The position numbers and the translations under genes were made by a program. DNA of 33,000 nucleotides from Octopus bimaculoides (Eukaryota), in the NCBI RefSeq assembly GCF_001194135.2, contig NC_068984.1, forward strand, positions 31,673,405-31,706,404. The letters are read 5' to 3'. Below the pieces are notes generated by a model. The model saw nothing but the letters and a program-made list of their open reading frames with translations, was not told the DNA's origin and did not search any database. Below are positions 24,556 through 33,000 of the stretch, piece by piece; the stretch's first letter is position 1; every line of letters begins with the position of its first letter.

Positions 24556-24896
24556 TGTATATGTATGTATATATGCGCACGCGCGTGTAAGTACGTTTAT
24601 ACACAGTTTTTAAGTCAAAACAATGCAATTTATAAAAATCAAAACAAATAGCATTACCTGTTATTTTGATATGTCAGAGTTGGAGCCCATTCCTCGGGAA
24701 ATCTTTGGAGAAAAATTGGTATTCGCTGACCTATGTCTCCTGTACCGACTGGGTGTGTATTTGATGCGTAATGCTCGAGTAACCAATCAGTCACGTGCAA
24801 CTCTGACCTGTAATTAATTCGTGATATGCTTTTCGTAATCAAAGGAGCTTCTTGTAATTTTCTGGAAAATGTTTATCTATAAGAGACAGAAATAGC

Positions 24897-25026
24897 TTGC
24901 CTACGTTATTTTTAACATTTGGGGAGAAATGGGGTGAACCGAATTATTTTATTTTATTTATAGACCTAGGAAAATAATTTGGGTCACCTCCACTTTCTCC
25001 CAAAATGTTAAAACTAACGTAGGCAA
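24897..25026. mobile_element. 130-bp foldback element / MITE with ~55-bp arms
   Basis: TTGCCTACGTTATTTTTAACATTTGGGGAGAAA..AATTATTTT (24897-24950) versus the reverse complement of 24971-25026; 20-nt spacer. Confidence 0.8.
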
Positions 25027-25102
25027 TAGATTCCTGCTTCTGTTAGAAAAGCATTTTACAAAAAAATCACAACTGCAGGAAGATCTTTAACAGACACTCA
25101 AT

Positions 25103-25254
25103 TAGGTTATCATATCGTTGCTTTCCTAATATGAAAAACATCATCCCCTGTAAGCACCACAAAGCACCCACTCCGGGTTATAACAGTCGAGACCCTGGAG
25201 AATGCCCACTCGAATAGTGTGTCAGACATCACAGCAACGATACATGATAACCTA
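25103..25254. mobile_element. Small element with ~21-bp inverted termini (MITE-like)
   Basis: TAGGTTATCATATCGTTGCT (25103-25122) and AGCAACGATACATGATAACCTA (25233-25254). Confidence 0.55.
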
Positions 25255-25429
25255 GCCGAGAAGAATTACATCGTGTTTATGCTAAGGTTTCTTTTTTTGG
25301 AAATCCCAGCTTATCCAGACTGACAGTTACAAAAACAAGTGCTCTAATTTTTATTGGTATAAATGTAAATTTGTTATCCAAATACAGCATCTGCAGTTTT
25401 CGAATAGTTGTCAACAGCTATCTGCTTTC

Positions 25430-25720
25430 CTTTTTGAATTTTAAAGAGATTTCACCTCAGCACAACAACTGACCTCCGACGGTACATACTTTTTCTTGTT
25501 TATTCCAAGCAATAATATCCGGCCTGTTATACTTACACTTGATAAATGTTTTGATGGGAACTCAACATAGTGTAGATCAGTTATTATTTAGAATTATTAC
25601 TACTCTGCTTGACCACTAAGAGATGATGTCTGGTTCACATTTTATAGTTTTGGGAATGGTACCTACTGCTGGATCTTCTGTGATTCACTAGCATCAAGGA
25701 CGTTTTGCATCTAAGACAGT
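25430..25720 (-). mobile_element. R4/Dong-like LINE fragment (RLE domain)
   Basis: Minus: VPIKTFIKCKYNRPDIIAWNKQEKVCTV matches the R4-type pattern W.VPIKT..K..HNRPDI..WD.E.K.C.VVE.SCP. Confidence 0.65.
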
Positions 25721-26849
25721 AGATAATTCTCCCCCTCTTTTTGCCTTTCATCCTTAAGACCGTCCCTTTTTTGTTACACAACGCAGACATGATAAAGTAT
25801 CATTAGGATGAGATATCTTATAATGTCACCGGTATCAGTAAATTTGGTCTGTGCTAAGGAATCGCCTCTTCTTGCATTGATATTTATTCTTATTGTGCGT
25901 AGTGCAACATATTAAGCTTGATGTTATGAACAAGGTTTCTGGAGGTTCATAGTCGCAGTATTGAAGTAGCATTTGTTCTTCTTCCTTGGGGAGCCTTCAA
26001 ATAAAAACCCATTAAATTTCATTTGAAAATATTGATTCATAAAATATAATTTCTGTCTTGTACCATTGTCTTCAAATAGTGATGTTTTTCCCCACTGTAC
26101 CTTCAAGTTCATTGAAAGTAAAAAATAAAACATATATGTTGGGTAATGTTATTGTCAGTTTCTTTTTGTCCTCGTTGTCATGACTCACAATAATGATTTC
26201 TTTAACCTTTCTATATAGCATCTAAGAGCCAAATTTCGATAAGTAACGATGTATTGGTTTTTCAGTAGAATGTCTTGTTTTTACTCATTGACGACAACAA
26301 AACAATTGGCTATAAAGAAAAAGGCCATTGGTAACAATAGTATAGGATTAATGGGTTTTAAGTAGCCAATAAAATATGCCAAACTTTTTTTCTTGATTGA
26401 ACCTGATTTATCTGCAAAAATTTAAAATAAAGTTACTTGTTTCTGCTTCTCTTAGGGATATTAACACTGGAGATGAAAATCGCAAGATGAAAATTGCTGC
26501 CAAAACTTCAGCACAAACCATACAATAACAATAGCTTGCAAACAAGATAAATGAAACATTTCTATCAAGTACATTTTGACTGACTTAAATTCATTAAATG
26601 TCTTTATGTCCAAATTTGGACTGATGCCACATATTGTTGCAAGATTAAAATAGCAACTTGTATGAAATTTTTGGTCTCTATACAAATAAATCAACTTCAC
26701 TTTGTTTTAAACTAATTTGTCCAAACAAAACTTTTTAAAATTTGTTTAGTATTTAATTTCAGAGTTTATCTGAAATTGTGTTTAAAGTGAAAGTATTATA
26801 CCGTGGACTAAAAAAAATCACACATATGCTCACTTTTGTTTTATTGTTG

Positions 26850-27915
26850 ATATTTCTGACTTGTTGGGACTGTGGCCATAGGTGGTCAAAGCTTGAGTTA
26901 CTTTCCAACTTGCCAGATTGGTAACACCAAAGGAAGATAGTGAAATCCTCTCTTCCAGAAAGAAATCTGCACAAGTATAATGGAAACACGGACTAGAAGG
27001 ATGGTAGGACTCAGTCAACCATGAGACAGGACAAAGTCAGACAAATTATAGCAATGGAACATCACTTAATCGAATCCCTGGTGGACTGACATCCAGTAGA
27101 TCAGATTTCCAATCAGGGCCTATCTATGATACTTTACGACATCCGGCAAATCTTCACAGATGGGGTAAGAGTGAATCACCCTCCTGTCCATTGTGTACTG
27201 AGAGAGGATCTCTTCAACACGTCCTCAGAAGCTGCCATAGACACTTAGCCAATGACTTCTCTTGCTGACAACATGATCGAGAAATCGCGGTGGTTGCTGT
27301 AGTGATAACAGCACAGCCATTCAATCCAATAAATACTACTCCAGAAAAAAGGCCATAATTTTTTACAGAGTTAGATAGAAGCCCAGTTCGCTGCACCATC
27401 AATGACTAATGCCCATTTTCCACAGCCCTGGAATAGCAGTTAAAGTTCCCAGAGTACATCGTGCCAACAACACCTTGCCCTGGAATAGTAATCATCAAAA
27501 ATTCTACCAAACATGTGATCATATAGGAGCTGACTGTGACTTGGGAAGAACATATGAAGGAGGCTGATGAGAGAAAGATTATCTTATATCAGAAGCTGGT
27601 AGAGCAGTGTGGAAAATAATGCTTGCTGGCACATTGAAAGGTAGTAGATGTGGGTTGTTGGATTTTGTGGGGTATTCACTTTGTGGGGTAGCTGTTGCAA
27701 TTGGAGTTACTGGTGTAGCAAAGAGGAAGGCCATAAATCCGATCACTGAAGTTGCAGAGGAAGGCATTTGGTGTTTTTGGATATGGTAGGGATTTGGTGG
27801 GGTAAACCAGTGGTTTACTGCTATTGGGAAGCATGCTGGGGAATGTGTCAACTGGGAAAGTAATTCAGAAGTTGAAAGACTTCAGCCATCAAGAATCATC
27901 ACTGATTATGCACCC
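26850..27915 (+). mobile_element. HERO-like (NeSL group) LINE 3' fragment: CCHC knuckle plus RLE plus 3' UTR
   Basis: LLGTVAIG..LFQKEICTSIMETRTRRMVGLSQ..YDTL..PANLHRWGKSESPSCPLCTERGSLQHVLRSC (27185-27235)..LKFPEYIVPTT..ELTVTWEEHMKEADERK..YQKLVEQC..GCWIL..EVAEEGIWCFWIW. Tail GTTGAAAGAC..CATCACTGATTATG. Confidence 0.85.
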
Positions 27916-29591
27916 CAGAGTATTCATGATATATATCTTGGAACTAACTTTGTGTGTTCTGTTTTTCAACTCCCTGCAGGTGCAGATTTGCTTTTCAAAA
28001 ATCTGTGGTCAATAAAATAAAGTGCCAGTCAAGTACGTTATTTTATTGGCATTGACTAATCCACTCCTCAGCATTACTGGAGTTTTGCCTAAATAATAAA
28101 TCAGTATCGATACTACTGTATACAATAGACTATCAAACAAATTTTGTCACACTTCTACAACCAGGTGATTGATATAATTCCCTTGAATCTATTGGAAATC
28201 AAATACTGGCCAGTTTGTATAAACATGGGAAGACTTGTTTTTCAAGTCAAGTTCTTTCATTTAATTCCTCCATTAACATTTTTATTTCTTGAAACAGTCT
28301 TTAAAATAATCATTATAGTATGCTCTAATTTGCAAACACTTTACTTCGTGGAACAAAGCAGATAATATATACAAAAAGAATTTACATCACAAATCAAAAT
28401 ATATGATTTGAAAAGGAAACAAGCTTCCAACTGGGGCATACCATTTCAAGGTTTTTCAATTATTTTAAAAGAAAGTACTAAACAAAATTCAAGATCTTTA
28501 AGAAAAAGACAATCATAAATGCACGGTGAAACATTTTAAAACATTTCATTTTAAGAACTACTAAGAAATAAAGAGAAGTAAATATAATGGTACATGTGAT
28601 TCAAATGGGGATCATACCTTCTCTAAGTTGTTCATCCATTTTAATTCTATTTATATTTCTTTCATCTAATTTAATTCATTTATAATTTCTGGCAAAATAG
28701 GCTTACATTTTTAGTACATCATTGGAAAATTTACAGACCTTCTAACACATGTATTTTTGAGGAGTATTGTAACTCTTTAAATATTTACATCCCCTTCTAA
28801 GGGATCTTGAAGTGGATACACTTTTTTAGATTCATTGCACTATACAACAAGTAAACTAGTCAAATCAACTACAGAAATAACACAAAATACTTTCCATGTC
28901 TCTAAAGCTGAAAGATTGGGTCTGTTGCATAAATAACAATGCATGTACTCTTTCAGGTGTTAGAAAATTTAATTGTTTTTGCTTCGTTGCTCCACTTCTA
29001 TTGAATAACCAACTTAGCCAAAATTACATGCAATATCTTTTGTAGGTTCCCTCTATACTCTCTTAGGGTTCATAATTGCCAACTCTTCATAATGAGAAAC
29101 TGTATATGCTCCATCATCACCAACCATCCATTGATAGCAAAACTGAGCCACCCTATTAGTTTGACCAAAGAAACACCCTGTTAATGAACTGCTAATAACC
29201 CAGAAATATCGTCTTAGGCCTAAAAAAAACACCCACAATAGTAGATTTCCCACAGAAAGATTATCTCCAATTCAGCCTATTCTTTCAGTGGGCTGTTATT
29301 AAACTGAAGTTACAGTGCACTACCAGGCTCGCCTTGCAAAATGATGTGTAACGTGATGCCATGAAACCTTATTATCATCATCAACGTGTTATACTCCACA
29401 TAATACTGAGCCAGCACTCTACCCTACCACTTGGTGCATATGATAAAAGAAATTGTATTGGTGACTTGCTAGTGTATCTATGTGGCATGAACTGATTAAT
29501 AAAAGCTTAAATATTCTCACTTAGCTATCTGATGTTGACCTGTTCTGTGCCCATAAAACTAAGTAATGCAAAATTAAATCTTCCTGTGACA

Positions 29592-29720
<129 letters not shown>

Positions 29721-30429
29721 CAAATTTAATAACAAACATGATTCAGTGTTCAACTTTAAATGTTTTACACCTCAGATAATCAGTTTAATTATTATATTAC
29801 AATCATTAGTTTAATCTCAATCCATATAACTGCTTATGTTTCATTTGTGCTGTCATAAATAGTAACCAAATCTTCAAATTTCACCTTACTAACTAAGACT
29901 GGAAGAACACATTGGATAATGCTGTTCTAGATACAGTTTTGCAGCAAATCAGTGTGGTTTTTGGCTAAACATCTGATAAAATATTTGTTCAACCTGGACT
30001 GACCTCGGGCTACAATATAAAAATGAATTCAAATTCATTCTGCATTTATTGTAATTTGGATGTGGAGTTAAACTAGGTGAAATATATGACCTTATTTCCT
30101 GATGTTTAGAGGACATTTATTTCACAAATTGCTTCCCCATCTTGTTTATTGTCTGTGGAAAATATTATCAACAAATTAGATTTCATTGTCAGCCATCTTG
30201 ATAAAAATGAAATAGCAAAATCTTTTTTTTTTTTTTTGTCTTTGTAAGTTGAGTAGTGTCAGATGCAGATAATACTGAAATGTTTTCGTTTGTAGATGGG
30301 GAAATATGATAATATTGGGAAATATATAAAATGATTACTGGGATAATTTCAGAGAAATGATTGTTTATTTGTTTGCTTTTATTCTACACATGTATGTGTA
30401 TGTTTTTTTTTTTTACCTCTGGTAATGTT

Positions 30430-30700
30430 GCTAGCAGCAGTGATGGCAGTATCGTTAACAATCATTTTTATGGTGATGATAGTGATGATGATCATAGAAA
30501 TGGTACTACTGTAGTAGTACACGTTCTAGAAGTGTGATAGTAAGGGTGATAGTACGACCAACAATTTTCATAGTAGTGTTGATGGACGTGGTTGTGGTTG
30601 TGGTGGTGGAGGTGATTTGCGATATAGAAATGATATTGGCAGACATGATGAGACTGTTAAATCATGGTGGTGGAGATGATTATTCTGATAAAAGATTGTG
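30430..30700. repeat. Degenerate GAT/GGT/TAG low-complexity tract
   Basis: Direct reading. Confidence 0.7.
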
Positions 30701-32942
30701 AGGATGATTGAGATTGGAGCATGTCTGCTTTGGTAGTGCAGAGTTTTGCTTCAGGTCATGGCACTTAGTAACCTTCAATGGAAAAAGAAAAAAAGATATT
30801 TTATTTTATACAGCACTATCTCAACTTAACATCCTAGTGATATTTTAAGTAGTTTAAAGCTAAGTTAAATTCTAATGAGATATATTAATAGCTAGGTATT
30901 TTTTTCTATTTCTTATTCTATCCCCTTTACTGCATATACCAGTTTGCATTCCTTAAACCATCTCTATAAAAATGAACTGAATATATTTTATATAGGAATT
31001 TAAAGCATGCTTTGTCCTTTGCTTACCAGATCTCTGTTGATCTAACAATATCAGAGAAAAAAGTAAATGTCATATTTTTCATTTAGCAATACAGTTTCAT
31101 TTTAAAAGAACAAGTTTTAAGAGACAGAGAATGTTGGACTAAGTGACTTTAAATTTTGGCTTTATTTCGCTTCATTCTATATTCAAACTGCATCTGGACC
31201 CATTTGTATTTTTTACTTCCAGCTTAATAAATTCTTGGTGTCATTTCAGTTTGCTAAATTCCTTTCTATTACCACCTCTGGCATTATTCCAAGCTAAAAT
31301 TTAAAAAAAATATGATTTGGCTAAAGAAATAAATAAAGTAACATGGTTTGTCTTAAAAACAATTTCCTGCCAGATTTTAAAATCAATTATCTTCTGAGCA
31401 GAACCTTAATTATCACCGTTTTTCACACTTTGTCTCATTTTAGAGATGAAATTAAAATATTTATAAGAAAGACAAATTCTTTGTCAAAAGCTAGGGCATT
31501 TTAGTAACAAACAAATTACAGTTAATGCTAATTAAAAACTATATTTCTGAAGCATTTCTTTTCCTTTGTGGTTATTTTCCTTTAGTACTTCATCTTCTAT
31601 GGAGATCATTTCATTAATGACAACTTTTCAGCTGTTTTATCCTCACAAGTTTCTCTGCCACTCTTTTGGGCTGTTATCTATTTTTACTGAAATGTACTTT
31701 AGTCTTTCCAGGTTCTGTTGTATTACTTTCTTTGTGGCAGCCCAGTTCATTTAACGCATTTACCATTTGAATAATTATCAATTATTTTTAACTGTTTCTT
31801 GTTTGTCTTTGTCATTATTCTTTTTAATTATTATGTTATTTTTGCAATGTGGTATGCATCTTTATTCCAAATTACTTAAAGACTGTCTCAGAACAGCATT
31901 TTAGAAATAGGAAACAGTTTCAAGCTGATTGTGATGGCTTGCTACCAATTATTTATGTTTCCTAAATAGAAGTAGAAAGTGTTCTCATATAATGTTGAGG
32001 AATGGTAATTATGGATATTAATAATGGAATAAATACTCCTGACCACTGAGCAAGTGATGCTTATTAATAAATCCACATATTTAGACACTTCCTCACTGCC
32101 CAGCTTAGAAAACACAGTTAATAAAATACTTTCTTTACATGTTATTTATAACTATCAACGTACATAACACAACCTATTGTCCTGTGTTGCATACTGATGA
32201 TAAGGCATTTAACAACTTCAAGGCAAGCAGTCAACTATTGCTTGCTGGAACATTGTTAAAACTCACTTCTTAAAGAGTGTGTCAAGAATAAATCAAAATA
32301 GCTGAGATCACACCTCTTCTGGCTATTAGATATGGTTTAAAATTGCAAGTGTCTAGATTAAGACAAATAAACTGGCTTCACAACGAATCACCACATACTT
32401 AGCTTGCTGCAAGGTTACCGACAATTTTCAATGCTTGTTCTGACTTAAATAACTGGTGCTTCAATTTAGGTCAACATTACTGTTGCAACACACTGTAGCG
32501 CCAATAATAGTTCATAGTCTGTATGATACTATTTTAAACAAAATGAATCTGCAAGATTCTACCCATGTTAATATAAGAATTCTGTAAACTGATATATCTG
32601 ACAGTTTTGTCAACAAAACTTTTAATGAACTAAATCAGGTTTTAAACTGAATTGTATCTTAACTTATGCTTTCCTTAATTATCAACCAAAAGTTCCAATC
32701 ATTGGTATGAAATGAGGAGTATTAATACATAAACCAAAGCTTGAATACTTATGGAACATTATGCATCCTTGGACACCAAATGTTTGTCTTTGTATAGCTA
32801 TGAGGTTATATTTATGTACAGGTGTGCATATATATATATATATACGTTTGTTTGCAATGTCCTGTACCCAGATATGCACCTATACATACAGGTGGATGTC
32901 GGTATGCACATACCTGTACGTATATATGCATATACTCATTTA

Positions 32943-32985
<43 letters not shown>

Positions 32986-33000
32986 TTATGTGTGCATATA

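Noticed and set aside
24673-24807. GTCAGAGTTG/CAACTCTGAC inverted pair as a MITE
   Set aside because: Only 10 bp, with no matching TSD.
26285-26469. Possible minus-strand exons (30-nt 26437-26466, and an open frame DKSGSIKKKSLAYFIGYLKPINPILLLPMAFFFIANCF)
   Set aside because: Splice-like signals are present, but the peptide is not recognisable and the two pieces are separated by only about 25 nt. Spliced RNA-seq reads would be needed.
27551-27575. CTGATGA motif
   Set aside because: It is coding sequence of the HERO-like LINE (EADERK), with no hammerhead helices.
29053-29253. Minus ORF ending GDDGAYTVSHYEELAIMNPKRV as an exon
   Set aside because: No recognisable domain and no convincing donor site.

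Overview
AT-rich eukaryotic non-coding DNA with four assembly gaps (N at 4884-5173, 9772-10713, 16366-16468, 24478-24487) and many microsatellites. The SINE families and microsatellite mix look to me like octopus (coleoid cephalopod) DNA, from memory and not database-verified. I find no intact protein-coding gene and no host exon I can support. Most ORFs in the track are microsatellite, N-gap or antisense artefacts. The window is a layered set of decayed transposons: two Penelope-like element (PLE) remnants, a hAT Buster/Charlie-type transposase pseudogene, a probable solo LTR with a 4-bp target-site duplication, an RTE LINE 3' half, a Helitron fragment, two restriction-like-endonuclease (RLE) LINE remnants (R4-like and HERO-like), several SINEs and small foldback elements. 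The best second-look items are two hammerhead-ribozyme-like motifs in opposite orientations just upstream of the larger PLE (19688-19791 +, about 20355-20405 -), a ~290-bp inverted duplication of an unidentified coding-like sequence (6028-6314 / 7462-7752), and the solo LTR with promoter motifs. Hammerheads in PLEs are a known association, so these are new instances or variants at best. I see no clear evidence of a wholly new system. From about 27920 to 33000 the sequence looks like ordinary intronic or intergenic DNA. All protein assignments are by-eye motif recognition, with no searches run.
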